A stretch of DNA of 64,000 bases from the human T2T-CHM13v2.0 reference genome, Homo sapiens, in NCBI RefSeq assembly GCF_009914755.1, contig NC_060946.1, one strand, 5' to 3'. The number at the start of each line of letters is the position of its first letter. Position 1 is the first letter of the stretch. This document shows positions 24,714-39,927 of the stretch, in pieces. The notes beneath the pieces are model-generated. The model did no database searches and was not told where the DNA came from. It saw only the letters and a list, made by a program, of their open reading frames with translations. The position numbers were made by a program, and so were the translations under genes.

Positions 24714-26239
24714 TCATGTTATTTTCTTGAGTATAAAAAGTGGTAAAATGTACTCCATTTATATGAATATTCCATGTCTTTCAACTTTAGTAGAATTTAT
24801 GCTTATTAATAGCTTTTTTTTCCCATATCACTGGCAATGGAATAAAACCAAACATCTGTTTCTTTGTTGCTATCAGCATATTTAGGAATTGACAGAATCA
24901 TTTGATTGAAAATTCTCTAAATATGATCACAGTACTTTATGGATTTTCATCTTTTTTAACAACATAGATATGGATTACATTTGCCTTATAATCATGTGTT
25001 TGTGATTCAAGCAGATATACCAGTACTTAGATGGTTCTCAGGAGAGACTCCATTTCTCAGTCTAATACTGGTATAGGGGAAAGGAATTTAAACTATTTTC
25101 AGAAAAAAAGGTCATCCATACCGCGTGTCATGTTCTTTGCATTTATTCTAGTTTTAAGGTTCTTTAATATTTAACATGGAGATGTTACTGCTTTTCTCAC
25201 CAAGTTATAATAGAGGATGTTTAGGGTTGAATAAAATAATATATGTTAAACATTTTACTTTATGGTTTATATACTATTAGTATTATGCTTATTTTATATA
25301 TTGCCATTATCTTATCATGAAATAACAAAAATGCGGGGGGTGGGGGTCTATCGATTTTGAGTTATGGTTTGCTAACTGCGTTGTCCTGAATGATTTCTCT
25401 CATCATGAAAAAGTACACAGTGGGTGGAATTGCAAACATCAATTCTTCTGGTAGTGTACACAGGCTTCTGTAAGTTAGGAAAATCCTTCGACAGTTATGG
25501 CCTTCAAATTCCCCTTCAAGACAGCTGTACAATAGACTATTGCCATATTTCAATTTTCTCCCCATGAATTGTTCACATTAGTTTCTCAATCTAAAATGTC
25601 TTTTGGTGTGGTCTTATTTTTAATGTGAACTGGCTTAGAGGTCAAAGATTAATTGCCAATAATATTCCTGAAAAGAGTAGAAAACTACTTTTAAGTAAAA
25701 CATTCCACTTAATCCAATAGGTCTTTATTCTTCATAAACCAAATGTCCTTTCTGAATAATATTTTTCCTACTGAGTTAGATATTTTGGTAAGTCCTGTAG
25801 ATACCTCAGTTTTAATATGGCCAAAAATATCTATCATTTCCTCTCTTCAAACTATTTCCCTCTATTATTCTTAATTTTGATTACTATAGCCATTATCTAC
25901 ATACTTTTTTGAAGCTTAAAACCTAAGAATTGACATGGACAACTTCCTTTTTTCATTCCCACAATAAACTGTTCATTAAATCCTTTTGAATCGACTTCCA
26001 AATGCTTCTCAAATCCAACCTCTCCTCTGGTCTCCTTGCCTTTTGTCAATACTTTACTTCAGGCAAACTTTATCTATTCTCTGGCCTATAGCTGAACATC
26101 CTGACTTGTGTCCCTACTCTCAGTTGTTCCTTAGTCTTTCATTCCTGGACATCTCATTAAATTCTCTACATAGTTCCCAAAGTTACCTACCCATTATATC
26201 ATAATATCATTTTTAAAGGTTTAAAAGGTTTTTGATGCA

Positions 26240-27130
26240 ATATCATTAGCTATTAGAGAAAAGCAAAGTAAAGCTACAATAACATGCCACTATACACTTA
26301 ATAGAATGGGAAAAGTAAAACCATGCTGACAATATCAAGTGCTGGTAAATATGTGGAACAACTGGATCTCTCCTGCATTGGTGGTGAGAATGTAAATTGA
26401 TACATTTATTCTGAAAAACAGTTTGGCAGTCTTTTATAAAGTTAACCATATCTTTATCACATGACATATAAATCACAATCTTTAGTGTTTATCTCAGAGA
26501 AATGGAAACTTACATTCACGAAAAACCAGAACACTAAAATGCATAGGAACTTTATTTGTAATAGCCCTAATCTGGAAAAACTCAATTGTCGTTCAATGAA
26601 TGAATGAATAAACAAACTGTGGTACATCATTACAACAGAATACTACTCAGAAATGAAAAAGAATAAGCTATTAATAGACACAATAACTTGAATATATATT
26701 GAGGCTAAGTGGGAAAAAAGCCTATCTCAAAAGGTTACTTACTGTGTGATTCTATTTATTTAAAAGCCTAAATATGATGAAATGTAGGGATGGAGAACAG
26801 ATCAGTGGTTATTAGGGGTTATGGTATGAGGAAGTGGAGGGTTGTGACTATTAAAAGATAAATTTCTTTATGTTGATAGAACAGTACTCTATCTTGATTG
26901 TAGTGATACACTAATCTATATATGTCATGGAATCTATAGAACTATATACTAAGGGAAGAAAAGATGACTGAAAAGTAGATGAAATCACAGTATGATCTGT
27001 AGTCTAGTTAATAGCATACCTATATCAATTTTTTGGTTTGGATGAACTTCTTTGCTTACAAGTTTCTTTGGGAACCTCTGTACTATTTTAAAAACTTGTT
27101 TATCTTAAACTATTTCAAAATAAAATCTTA
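26240..27130 (+). mobile_element. L1ME/L1MC-type 3' region
   Basis: ORF2 C-terminus/3'UTR-like (tggtggtgagaatgtaaattg, aaacagtttggcagt, aacaaactgtggtacat, gagaacagatcagtggtt). Confidence 0.75.
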
Positions 27131-30100
27131 TTCAAGGGAAAAAAATAAAGGCTTCTACTGATTCCCAAGACCAAGAGAGATAAAAATCAATTTTTTACCA
27201 AGACATATAATATGAATCCAAGTTGTTTTTAAACTCTCTAATCATCACTCTTCTTCATTCTTGCAAGTACTTCATATCTTAGCCATTGGGAAATCACAGA
27301 TATGCACAGAATGCCTTCTTTCACCTCTCATTGACAAATTCCCACTTATCTTTCAATACATGGGCTAAACTCTTCTTTGAGGATCTTCTCAAATCTCAAG
27401 TGCTGCTCCTACTCTGCTGCTGTAACACTTCATCATACATTTTTTGAGAAATTATCACAATCCATTGTTTTTTTTTTCTGTTTATGCATCAGTTTCTTTC
27501 TTTAGACAATGAACTGGACAGATGGTATAGCACTGTTCCAGGTTCCTCTCAGAGGAGACAATATTAGCCTAATTACTTTATAAGCTCAATCTAAAACTAA
27601 TTTTACAACCAAGCCCAAAATAAATTAATGTTTTGTATTAATTGAGCTGTTGCACTTAGACTTGGTTAATATAAATATTTTTATTTTCTTCCACCCACAA
27701 GGAATGTCTACTTTGCATTGTTGTTTCTGATCTCCATATTCTTGCCATATTAGCAGAACTTCAGTGTTTCAAATATATTTTTTAAAGCAAGCTTCATGGA
27801 TCTAATAAACACTAATACCATCCGTGCTTTTCTATAGCCCAGGGAAATTCTATCTAGAGTTACAGGACATTTTTGAATAGAGTTAGAAATATATACAGTT
27901 CTCTTGGAGTCCATAACATTTTATTTCCCAAATATTATGTTTGTGGAATCTAATACTTGCTGTTGTGTGCTATTATAGGCACAGTTTTAAAAACATTTGT
28001 TTTATATATAAGCTCTTGGGTCATGATCTCAGGAAGTCATTTTAGATTATGTTGGTTTTGTATGATAGAATCACTTTTTAAAAGTGATAATAGTACAACA
28101 TGACAGACAGTGGTAATTGACCATAGAAAACAAAAGCAGAAAAATATATTTGTATGAAGCAAAGCAAATTATGTATTAAGTTGGATGCCATAATTGTAAT
28201 AATATGTTGAGATGCCTACTAATTCTAACCTCTTATTCAACCTAGTTTTTAAGGATTTTTTCCTATTCTTTTTATCATCAGTAAGCCAAGGTCTGTTCCT
28301 CCTTCTGTAATAGCTTTTTGCTTTACTATAGACAGCATAGAGTAAATGCAAAAGTTTTAATCAATACAATTAAAATGATTCACAAACCTTCCAGTGACAT
28401 CTTTGCCAAATTTCATACTCTATATTATGAAGTTCTGCATGAAAAGCTTTGACTGTTTTTCTAATCTCATTGTATATCCTCCTTTTATGTAGTACACCCC
28501 AGACTTATTGGCCTTCTTGTTCTTCCAACAATCCAGGCTTGCACTGGTTTGGGAACTTTAGCTGTTATCCCTCTTCAGGGTGTAATGCCTCAAGATTTCA
28601 CACACGACTTTTTCTGGTTTTTCAGATCTTAGTTTAAGTGTCACTTTCCCAGAGAGGCCTTTTCTGAGTATCCAACTTAAAGTAATCTTGTCATAGTGTG
28701 TGTGCCAATGTTGTCTTATAACAGCTCACTAGGGCTTATGGTATACCTCTTTCCAACTATGTATTGAGTGATGTCATATTAGTTATTTAAATTAGTCATG
28801 TTGGGAATGTTTTCATCACAGAAAATGGCAAAAACTCGGCTTGCTTTGTTCCTTTTAGAGAGCTGGTTATTAAACATTTGTCAGCATACCATAGCCTATA
28901 TTGCCTATTAATATGTGACTCTTTATATTCTTTATATTTCTTGCAACCTTTAATTTCTCTTCTGAAAACTCTATTCATATGCATCTATTTCTAGTAGAAT
29001 ATAAGTTTGATAAGAACCAATTCCCTGCTGTCTTGCTAGTGCCTAGAATACTGCTTTCCACATCATGAATGTACAGTAAATATTTTTTGAATGAGTAAAT
29101 TACTAGGCTAACCTATCTGTTATTCAGTTATGATGAGTTTATTAATATTTAACATCCATTAGTTGATTTTTAAAATAAAACATCTATTCTTCTATGAATG
29201 ATTTCCTTAAGTAACATTGGATATATATGTATGCTATATTATTAGTCTCTTTCAATTAGTCAGATGCCCATTTCAAGACAGCTCATTAGATTTGCTTTAT
29301 CCCAACATATAAACTTCACTCAGAAGAGAGAACTTTCAAATCCTTAAATCATCTAAGAAATCTCTCCAATTCTTTCATGTCAAGGTTAATAATTAAATGT
29401 TTAATATCTCTTTAAGCTATTAAGCTAACAATAAAAATGCAATATTTTAACCCAATTTACTTGATTAAGGAACAATCCCAGATGTGATTTAACATGAAGA
29501 ATTGCAGTGATCTGCAGTTCATTAAAATCTGAATACTAAAAAGAGAATTTTAAACATATTATATAAAGAAGTTCGTTTACCTCTTTTCCATAAAGAAATA
29601 TTATCTTCATTTTCCTTAAAGCATGTTGATTATCATTAGTTACTGGATATACCTAACATGAATTATTGCCTTTTTCCCTGCAGAGCTGTGTACTGGTAGT
29701 TATTAAATAGCCCATTATCAACTGAAATTCAGATGCAGGTTTTATTCTCCTTTTTTCTGACCATATTTTTCTGCTAGTGTTTATTTATTTACTTATTTTC
29801 ATTAAAATGACCATGACCTTGGTGTTAAAATCAGTAATGTATACAGAAAATTCATTTGGAATGCAATAGTTATAATTCAGTTCTGAAAATTTATGTTTAT
29901 CAAAGTATAAAATATTTTTGTTATAACTCTTTTAACTTTTCCTAAAGTGATGTGTGAGCATGATGTAATGTGTAGCAGAGGTCCAAATTTCCTTTAAGAA
30001 TATTGCTTAGACCTCATATCATCTTCTAGCCTCACTATAAGCAAATTGAGAACTGCAATCATTTGATGGTTTTAGGACTTAACAAGAAAAGAAAATATTA

Positions 30101-31867
30101 AAAATCAGATGTCCTACACTGAGAGTTTTATCTTCTAAAGAACTATTTCCTCTTTTATGTTAAGTACCTCCAAAGTATGATGTTGTTAACGTGAGCACAT
30201 ATGTGCACAAATCAGAGCTGCGCTACAGCGCTGAGGAACTACATGTGGATCCTGAGACCCAGTTTAGCTGAAAAAGTACATCTGTGAGCAAATTGCATTG
30301 AATTTTATTATTAAGCATCTGATGAAGTGGTTCACCTTTTGTTTTTAGGTCCACATTTGCTGAAATGTAACTCTTACCTCATGCACTGGGAGTGATGAAC
30401 TTCACTAGGAATCATCGTTCTTTCTGGTAAGTCACCACAGCACAAAACTGCAACCATTGTTTAGTAACAACTAGACTCTGATAGATGCTGTGGAGAATTT
30501 GACTAGAAGTAGGAGGATCATTTACTACACGGCAAAAAAACAAATCAGTTTATCTTAGAAAGGTTAAAATTTACATGGATAATAAAGAAAGGAAGAAGAA
30601 GAGTGATAAATTAGTGAGAAAAGAACAGTAAGTGTTATTATAGCAATATGCTTAAATGAAAGAGAAAAATATGGCAGAAGCATTTATTGATTTGAGATTG
30701 TAATTTTTTTAAATAAAAAAGCTTAGTCTGGATTCCAACTTGTATATAAAATTAGGAGCAAAGGTATGATTAATATGTTCATGGAATATAATTATCAAGA
30801 AACCACAGACATTTGTGTATGGAGGACACAGAAAGGAGAGAACCTGCTAACAGGAATCCCATTAAAGAAGCTTCAGAATTTGAAGATCAGCAAAGAGAAG
30901 GAAGAGATGAGAATGAAAGGCTTTACGAAGGAATGAAATGACAGTCATTGCATTTATTGATGTATCTGTATTTAAACATAAGTATATTTATTTATATTTG
31001 AACATAACTGAGTTTTCTAGCAAAATTAATAAGGATTATGCTACAGGCATACTCAGTTACAATCTTAGAGGGATTCTGAGAACTCTTTGACAGGTTATTT
31101 ACTTATAGTTTGTCAGTAGTTTCTAAACATTTTTGGATGCACATCTCTATAAGTAATAATATTTGAGCAAGTAAACTTCAGTACTATATTTGTTTATTTA
31201 TATGTACACAATTTTTCTAATATATAATGTAAAAATACCTACTAAAATTGATGAGATAAGATAAATGTAAACAGAATTTTTAATAAATTATTTCTACCAC
31301 AGCAGATCATTTTTGTATGCATCCCAATCTGGAGACTACGCAGTTTGATTTGGCATTACTATTGATTTGAAATAGAGTTTTGTTTATTTAGTTCATTGTT
31401 ACAAAGAATAGGAAATACAACATAGAGGCTCCCCTCCTAGAATCAAACTAAGTTTAGCATATTATCAACAAATGCTTGCCTCTGAAAAAATACTAATCAC
31501 TTCTTGTATTAATGAGACTTTATCCAATTTAATTTCATATATTGAATGAGGTTAGGCATTCATTAGAACAAGTCATGACAGGCTAACATTTGTATTTATT
31601 AATAGTATGGTAGATATTGATCTTTTTTTCTTCTGAACAACAGGCTTTCTATTTTCTAACTATTCTTTCCTCATTTCATGTGATTTGGATGAGGCTATAA
31701 ATCATAGGACCCTGCTCTTTCAGCTTAGTCTAATTTTGGCACAAAGTATGCATTTAATAACTGATAACAATTATTACTACTACTGTAATTATTACTATTA
31801 TTGTAGTTATAGGTGCTAATTGGGATTTGTAGAGAGTCCCATATTTGCTCTATGGAATAAACCAAAA

Positions 31868-32082
31868 GTTGATCAACTCTTTCTGTAAAGGGCCAGATAG
31901 TCTATGTTTTGGGCTTTGAGGACATTATGTTCTCTGCCATAACCACTTAACTCTGCCATTGTAACATAAAAGTAACCAGACAGTACATCAACGAATGAAT
32001 GTGGTTTTGTTCCAATAAAACTTTAGCTGTGAATACGGAGGTGGGTTTGATTTAATTTGAGGGCCATAGTTTGCCAAACCCC
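31868..32082 (+). mobile_element. MER58A
   Basis: aactctttctgtaaagggccagatagt...gttccaataaaacttta...gggccatagtttgcc. Confidence 0.8.
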
Positions 32083-32160
32083 AGAAAAAAGCATACAAAA
32101 TTTACTGAATGCCAATCTGTACAAACGCATAGCTAGTGTGTTAATACATAAATATGCATA

Positions 32161-32509
32161 CAGTCATTCATTATATAATAATTTAGTTCAATAGTGGTCT
32201 GCATATACCATGGTGGTTCCATAAGGATGTAATATCATATTACTGCTGTACATTTTTTATTTTGACATGTTTATATACATAAATACTTACCGTTGTGTTA
32301 CAATTGCCTGCAGCATTTGGAACAATCACAAGCTATACAGGCTTAAAAGTGAAGAGCAATAGGCTCTATACCACATAGCCTAGGTGTGTAGTAGGCTATA
32401 TCATGCAGGTATACATAGAGCATAAGTACATTCTATGATGTTGACACAACAAATCACCTAAGGACTCATTTCTCAGAACATTTCCCTGTCATTAAGTGAT
32501 GCATGACTA
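32161..32509 (-). mobile_element. Tigger3a (MER7A) MITE
   Basis: aaatacttaccgttgtgttacaattgcct...tagcctaggtgtgtagtaggctata...catttctcagaacatttccctgtcattaagtgatgcatgact; cagtcat terminus. Confidence 0.85.
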
Positions 32510-32649
32510 CACACGTACCTGAAACTATAAATAACTTTGAAGCATAAATAGTTGGTTGCTTTCTGGTATTTAAAATCAAGCCTACTTTTTAGGCTAAGCG
32601 ATAGAAGAATAAGAAAATGCTGATTTCTTTCAATGTTTCTTTTGCTTTC

Positions 32650-32988
32650 ATTATGAACTGAATGCTTGTATGCCCCCAACATTTATATGTTAAAGCCTGA
32701 TTCCCAATGTGATGTCATTTGGAGGTAGATCCTTTACAGGTAATTAGGTCATGAGAGTGGAGCACTCATTAGTGGTATTAGTGCCCTTATAAGAAGACAC
32801 AGGATAGAGTGTGCTTCCTCTTTATCTTTTTCCACCATGTGAGGAAGCCATGGAAGAAGGTGATCATCAGAACCTAACCAGGCTGACACCCTGCTTTCAG
32901 ACTTTCAGCCTCCAGAACTGTAAGAAATACATTTCTGTTGTTTAAGCCACCCAGTAATGTGTTATAGCAGCCTGAACCAACTAAGTCA
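32650..32988 (+). mobile_element. MLT1A-type MaLR solo LTR
   Basis: tatgaactgaatgcttgt...gtgcccttataaga...cagcctccagaactgtaagaaata...ttatagcagcctgaac. Confidence 0.85.
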
Positions 32989-35900
32989 GCTTTCATTATT
33001 TGTTTCTTTATGATTTGCTGATCTTGTTTTGTGCTTCACAAAGATCCACATAAAACGTCGATCCCCCCAGTAGTTCACTTGCAGTTGGTCAATTTCCTGC
33101 AGCAGAGCTAATCAACTCATTGCAGACTCTCCTTGCCCTTCTATTCTAGTTGGTCTAAGTTTGATCTGTAAAGTATAGTTTCTATGTCAACTTTAATTTT
33201 GCTATGCACTTTTTCCATGTCTTTAAAACTACATAAATACATGTAATATTTAAACACTGTGGTTTATTTTAATCTATGAAAAACCTATTATTCTGTTCCA
33301 TTTTTCAAAATACATTTCTCAATTACAATGATGCTATAAGTTTTATAAACTCCCTTTTATTAGGCAAGGAAAAAATGCCCCTCTTCTAGATAGAGGGCCT
33401 CCAAGTTAATTCATCAGCAGTAAACATTTTTTTTCCTACGGTTAAATTGATGTATTCACTGTTCTGTCCTTTCTTACTTCTCAACATTAACCCTCCAACA
33501 ACCTGGATTTTCCTGTGGTCTCTGAAGAATTTTCTGCTAAATAATGTGTCCATCACTACTTTTGACTTATAATTTCTATTTTAATAAAAAATTAAAAGAT
33601 TGATTTTTTAAAATTAAAACATTTTATTTTTAATAAACATTAAAAGACTGTTACCATTAAAATACATTGATTCTATATATATTTTTTCTCTATCCTTCCT
33701 TTGAATGACGCTCAAGGCATTTCTTCCATTATGCCTACAGACGTGTGTTATAACACATTCTTTGCCAATCCTTGAAATAAATGCTTAGCAAAGTAATCTT
33801 TTAGTTGTATCAGGAGGAAAAGCTATTTGCTTTCTGTCATCACAGACCAATCACAGGTCCTATTTCAACTTCATTTATTAATATTGAGTCAGGTATGCTG
33901 CTCAGATTCCTTTGTATATGCAAAACTGTCTCCACAAATTGGTGTTTAATGTCTACAAGAAAAAAAAAGAGTGGCTATATTTGTAGCAAAAGGTAAACTC
34001 ATTGATTTTCATCTCCAGAAGCAATACAAGGATCATTTATTTCCTTGAGAGATAATTTCTTATATGTATAGTAATCAAGGATAGCAACACAAATGAAAAT
34101 GTAATTATGAGTACTGCATACCATATTGGTTTTTTTCTTCTATTTCTTCTGTTTTTGTTAATTGTCAAAGCCAAGAGTATGTCAAGCTGAGAAAATGTCA
34201 TTAATGAGGACATAGATTAAATGGTCTGTGGGTAATTAATGATGACTGCAATGTCTTTCTCACTTTCTGCATAAAAGATGGGGTTTATTGCTTCTCTCTT
34301 TGAACCTGGGTTAGCTCTGTGACTGCTTCATCAGTAAAATGTGGTAGAAATGACATGGTGACAGCTGAAAGTTTATATTTTAAGCAGAGTCTGCTCCCAT
34401 TTCCTATTGCTTGGAGTGCTTGCTCTGGGGAAAACTAGATGCCCTGTAAGATGTGTGAATATTCAGAACTCGACACGCTATGAGGACTCCAAGCTGGCCA
34501 TGTTGCAACATCATTTAAACACTATGCATATTGAATTCAGTAGTTTCTTCACACAGATGCTATGTTTAAAAAAAACAAATGTAGTTTAACAATTTATTTA
34601 TTTGTTTTTGTTAATTCTTACAGCAAACATTTGTAGAATATAGTTAAGGATACAGAGATAAAAGATAACATTTTTATCCACAAGGAATGCTTATGGTATT
34701 CTGTGAGACAGAAAAGTAAACACACAAAATTTAAAAAGTATTATAGGTAATAAGGCAAAAAAAGGTACAATGTACAAGTTTGGATGCTAAGAAAGAAATA
34801 CTACTTCTATCCGGAGGCATGGTATCTAGTACGCTCTTTGTGTATAATAACAATATATTATTATATGTTTTATATGCATTTTTATTAATAATGGTAATGG
34901 CAACTCTCCATTATTGAGCACAAATCATGTGCCAAGCATTATGCAAGTGAGCTACTATTCTGCTTCTACCTGAGAAAGGAGCAAGAAATTAGAAATAACA
35001 TGTTTCTAAAAATTTCCAATCCAAATTGATCATCTCAAAATAGTATGGCACTTAGGTCAATCAATTTCTTGGGAAAAGAAGCTAACTAGATTATAAAATG
35101 GGATCCCTCCTCAAAAGACAGCTCATTCATGATAACTCTCTAAATGGTTGTATGAAAAGATAAAAATAATTAAGTTTCATCCTGGACCTTTTGATGCTAA
35201 CATTAAAAGGACAGCATTGTCTTCTCACAAAAATCCCTTATTTTTCTTCTTACCAATAGAAATCCATGATGAGTGAGCTTGTCTCATTATGGCAATTCCT
35301 ATAATAACAGATAACAACTAGTAACAAATGTCTCTGAGTCAAATCTCTCTTCTGACCAGCCATACTGAATAATTTGTCATTTCAATTTAAGTGTTTGTGT
35401 GATGATGAGAATACTGAAAATGTGACTTTTAAAGCACTTGATGATACTTTGAATTCTTTAGTTTTTGTAGTTTTGGTCCAAATTTGTTTGCTTTATTTCC
35501 TCATAGGTAATGAAAATATAAATCCTTAGCCTAACACTTTTGCAAATTATTTCAAAATGAGAATAAATGAAGTCTAAATTCATTGTGTCTTACTCAAATT
35601 GTTTTTACTCATATGGTTGAGTTTCAAATTCACCAGCTGCACAACCTCATGCCAGTCATTTGTTTCCCTCAACATATGCCTGTGAAGATCAAAGGTTATA
35701 GTTCTTGCTTGTGGTTTTCAAAGTCAGTTTTGCTGAGAAAACTGATCTCTAAATCAATGCTTAGTCAGAAGCCAAATACGTAAAGCACATAACCTCAGGG
35801 TTACTTGAAGGATCTCTAATCAGTGGAGATAGGATATGATGAAATTGGACATGAATGTGTTAGATAGCATATTAGTTGTGGATGTTACACAAAGAAGCAC

Positions 35901-37349
35901 TCTCCTCAAATAAGTTTGAGACACTCAGTGATAAGGAAGTTACACAGTTTCTTTATTGCAGTACTTCTCCAAGACCTAGTTATGCTGATGTGAATTGTTA
36001 TTCTGTGGTGAAGGGTAGTATTTCTCAAAGTTAGGCAACAAATCATTGAACTTTAAGAAAGACAGAAGTGTATTTTATGTACTATTTTATCTTCAATGCT
36101 TCCCATAATATCTGACACATAAGTGATATCAATAAACAACATTTGATTGAATTTAAATAATCCATGAGATTTGGTTTCTGTGCCAGTCACTACTGAGTAG
36201 CTTTTTGTTTTGAAGAACATAGTCTTTTCTCTCTGTTATTATTTTTGTAATGTGAGAGATGTCTACAAACACAAGAACCAACTGAGCACAAAACAAATAA
36301 ACAAAAACTCTGAATCTATAACTAATTGAACCACTGAAATTTTTCATCTAAACTTTCCTTACATTCTGACATCCAGAAAAGAATTTCTGCTCAAATGGGC
36401 AAGTCATAAAGACAAATACTTTTAACTGTCTTGGTGTTTCACCCCATTTGTTTTATTATCTCTTACTTCTTTTTATGTAAGTTATATTTTGTAGACATTT
36501 GTCCACTATTAATGGACTTCTTTCTAGAGGTGGCATTATGTTGAATTTAGTTTTTTAAGGTCACTGCAAGTAAATGAAAAATTTCTGTCTATTATGGTCA
36601 TTATTATTGAAAATAGATGTGGGAAAATATTCTGTTTATCATTACTGAGAAGATGTGTACCAGGTACTATTCTAAATTTAGTACATTTTTCAAAATATCT
36701 AACTTTATTTAATTTTCCTAAAATTGCATGAGATGGATATTACCGTCTTCATTTTCTCAACGAGAAAGAACTTGAGGATCTGAAACATTGAGGAATTTTT
36801 CTAAGAACAAATAGCTGTGAAATTACAGAGTTGAGGTGAGGACTCAATTTTACCCTGACTCCAAATCATATACTCTTAAATAATAAATAATAGAAATTTG
36901 AAATACAAAAATCAAAGTTTCTCTCTCCTTCTGGTTTCATCATTTTATTCTGAGACATCAAGGGAAAGAAGAAAATATCTTCTATATTAAAACCCCTCAC
37001 CTCAACATGAATTTGTACACTATTCCAGTTTTATTCCCAAAGTGATTGATGAGTTCAAACAGACAGAGGTGAGGGATTGGAATATTAATATCAAAGATCT
37101 CAAATGATTTTCTCTCTCCTATGACAGTATTGAATGAGCTTAAACTAATGTTAGCATCAAGATCTTCAGAACATCATTCATCGTGGGGAAAAGGGAGTCA
37201 ATACTAACATCAGGATCTTCCCTCTTACTTAAAGCTTTAATTGACTTCTATGTTCCACTTATATAACCCCAAGCAGCCAACACATTTCATTTTATAATAT
37301 TGCCTATGAATTTTACATATTTATTTTGTGTTATTTCATTAGTCACTGC

Positions 37350-37800
37350 ATGCATGCCTCTGTCCATTCAACAAATGTTTATTGAGGACCTATTACATGT
37401 CAGCACTGTTGTAGGCTCTGGGATGCATCAGAGAACAAAACAAACAACAATCCCTGATGTAATGGAGCTTGCATTTTAATGAGGAAAATAGACTATAAAT
37501 AAAATAAATAAGTTAAATCAATAGCATATGAGAATATTATAAGTTGGGGGAAATCACTCAGAGAAGGCAGAGAAGGAGTTTTAGGAAATAGGGGTGAATT
37601 TTAAATTGAGCATTCAGAAAAAGACTCACTGAAAAGATGAAATTTGAGCAAATGCATGAAAGAGATGCAGAAATGAGCTAGCTGGATATCTGAAGGAAAA
37701 GCATGCTAGGCAGAGGGAACAGCAAGGTGGCACATATGCTAAACTATACAGTGAGGAACAGAGTACTAGAGAGATGAATTCACAGAGCAAATAGGGGAGC
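37350..37800 (-). mobile_element. L2 fragment (continues ~38620-39300)
   Basis: cattcaacaaatgtttattgaggacctattacatgtcagcactgttgtaggctctggg is an antisense L2 3' end; purine-rich L2 body follows. Confidence 0.65.
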
Positions 37801-37827
37801 AGGGTGTGTGTGTTCAAAACTGCAGAC

Positions 37828-38020
37828 CAGGGGTTAGTAAACTTGCCTTCTAAGGGGCCAGATTATAAACAGGTTCAGCTTTGCAGGCCACATTATCTCT
37901 GTCACAACTACTCAACTTTGGCATTATAATACAAAAGCCATCAATGTATGTAAACCAATACATGTGACTGTTCTAATCCAACTTGATTTTAAAAAGCAAG
38001 CAGTGGTCAAATTTGCTACA
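37828..38020 (+). mobile_element. MER58A
   Basis: caggggttagtaaact...taaggggccagattataaac...tctctgtcacaactactcaact. Confidence 0.7.
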
Positions 38021-38079
38021 ATTTCCCATTGCAGACCATTGAGAAAATTTTGGCTTTTGCTTTAATTGAGATGAAGTGT

Positions 38080-38612
38080 AGGGTAGTTTTAAAAAACTGT
38101 GGCATATTCTTTAGATTTCTTCCCATTGAGAGGTGTCTCTACATCTTGACTTCATTTTGGCTGGACTTATGACTTCTTCTACACATGTACTATGGTAGAA
38201 ATGATGCTATGCAACTTCTAAGGCTAGTTAATAAAAAAGCATACAACTTCCACCGTTTTCTTTGTATCCTCCCTCTAGAGAAAACCAACTACCATGTAAG
38301 TAATATGGCTACCTTGAGGCCACTGAATTGGAGAAACCACATTGAAAAATCTCACAAGTAGGACAGGAGATGCCAGATAAATCCCAATTGTTCCAGCCTT
38401 CACGTAGTTGTGTCATGAAAACCTGTGATTGTGGAAGGCATAAAGATGACCTCAGCCTCAACCTCCATCTGACTACAATCACATGACAGATCCCAAACCA
38501 AAACAACCCAGCTGAGTCTAGTTGGTTCCCAGGACCTTGAGCGGAGTGATACATATTTTTTTAAGCCAGTCTGTTTTGGAATTGTGTCTTACACATATCC
38601 AGGTAACTGAAA
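38080..38612 (+). mobile_element. Old MLT1-family LTR
   Basis: atggtagaaatgatgctatgcaacttctaaggctag...atctgactacaatcacatgacagatccc...caggtaactgaa. Confidence 0.6.
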
Positions 38613-39557
38613 TCAGCACTCTTTAAAGTATTTTGAGAAAAGGAATTATGCAGCATTAATCTTGTGTTTTAACAGGATTTCTCTGGCTTTGTGGGTGGCA
38701 AAAAGGAATCAGGGAGACTATTTTAATAATCCAGACAAAAGAGTTTAGTGGGTTGGACCAGAATCATAGCAGGGAGGACCAAGAAAAAGGGTAGGATTTT
38801 GTTTAACTGTATTTTGAAGGTACAGGTAACTGCTTTACCTGATAAACTAGATGTAGAATACAAGACAAAGGGTTGAATGACAATGTCTCCAAGAGTTTTT
38901 AGCATGTGGAAGAATGTAGCTGTCATTTACTGAGTTGGAAAAATATGAGAGATGCTGATTTGAAGGTGAAAAATCAGGACCTGAGTTTTGGACTTGTTAT
39001 TTTCTACATGGTTATTCAACATCCAAATGGAGAAAGCAAAGGGGTAAATATGTATGAGTGTAGCTTTTCTAGCAGAGGTCTTATCTGGAGATATATGTGG
39101 ATGCTGCCAGCCTCTAGAAAATACTGAGTTACTAAAGCACAAATGGGGAGGAGAAATACCAAGAGCTTAAGGCACTTACATTTTAAGAGGGCAGGGAGAT
39201 AAGGTAGGATTATCAAGACTGTTCAAGAGAAAAGGGCCAGAGAGGTAGGAGAAAAGTTAAGAGAAAGTGATGTCCAAGGAAGCCAAGTGGAAACAGTACT
39301 GATGCATGAACCAAGGCAGGCATTTATTATGAAACTGAGCATCCAGAAAACAGGGTGAATATTTAATACCTGTTTTGTCTTCATTTATGAAATCGTGACA
39401 AACAGCGTTCATATCTTGAGTCCATTCTATATGCAAGTACAAGTAAAACCTTAGCAAGTATTCTCAATTACAAGTGCAATTTTAGATATTGATGGAGGAT
39501 GGGCAAGAATTTGGAACAATTTTCTAGGGATGATATAAAATTGTAATAAATAAAAAG

Positions 39558-39927
39558 TGTTACTTTTTGGCTGTGTCCCCACCCAAACCTCCTCTTGAAT
39601 TGTAATACCGGTATTCCTCACGTGTGGATGGAGGAATCTGATGGGAGACGATTGGATCGTAGAGGTGGTTTCCCCTATGCTGTTCTCGTGATAGTGAGTG
39701 AATTATCATGAGATCTGATGGCTTTATAAGGCAGTTTTCCCTGCTTTTGCTCATGTTCCCTCACCTGCCACCATGTAAGATGTGCTTGCTTTCTCCTTCT
39801 GCCATGATTGTAAGTTTCCTGAGGCCTCCCCAGCCATGTGGAACTGTGAGTCAATTAAACCTCTTTTCTTTGTAAATTATCCAGTCTTGGGTAGTATCGT
39901 TTAGCAGTGTGAGAATGGACTAAAACA
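39558..39927 (+). mobile_element. THE1D/MSTA-type MaLR solo LTR
   Basis: ttggctgtgtccccacccaaa...gaggcctccccagccatgtggaactgtgagtcaattaaacctc...gagaatggactaaaaca. Confidence 0.9.
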
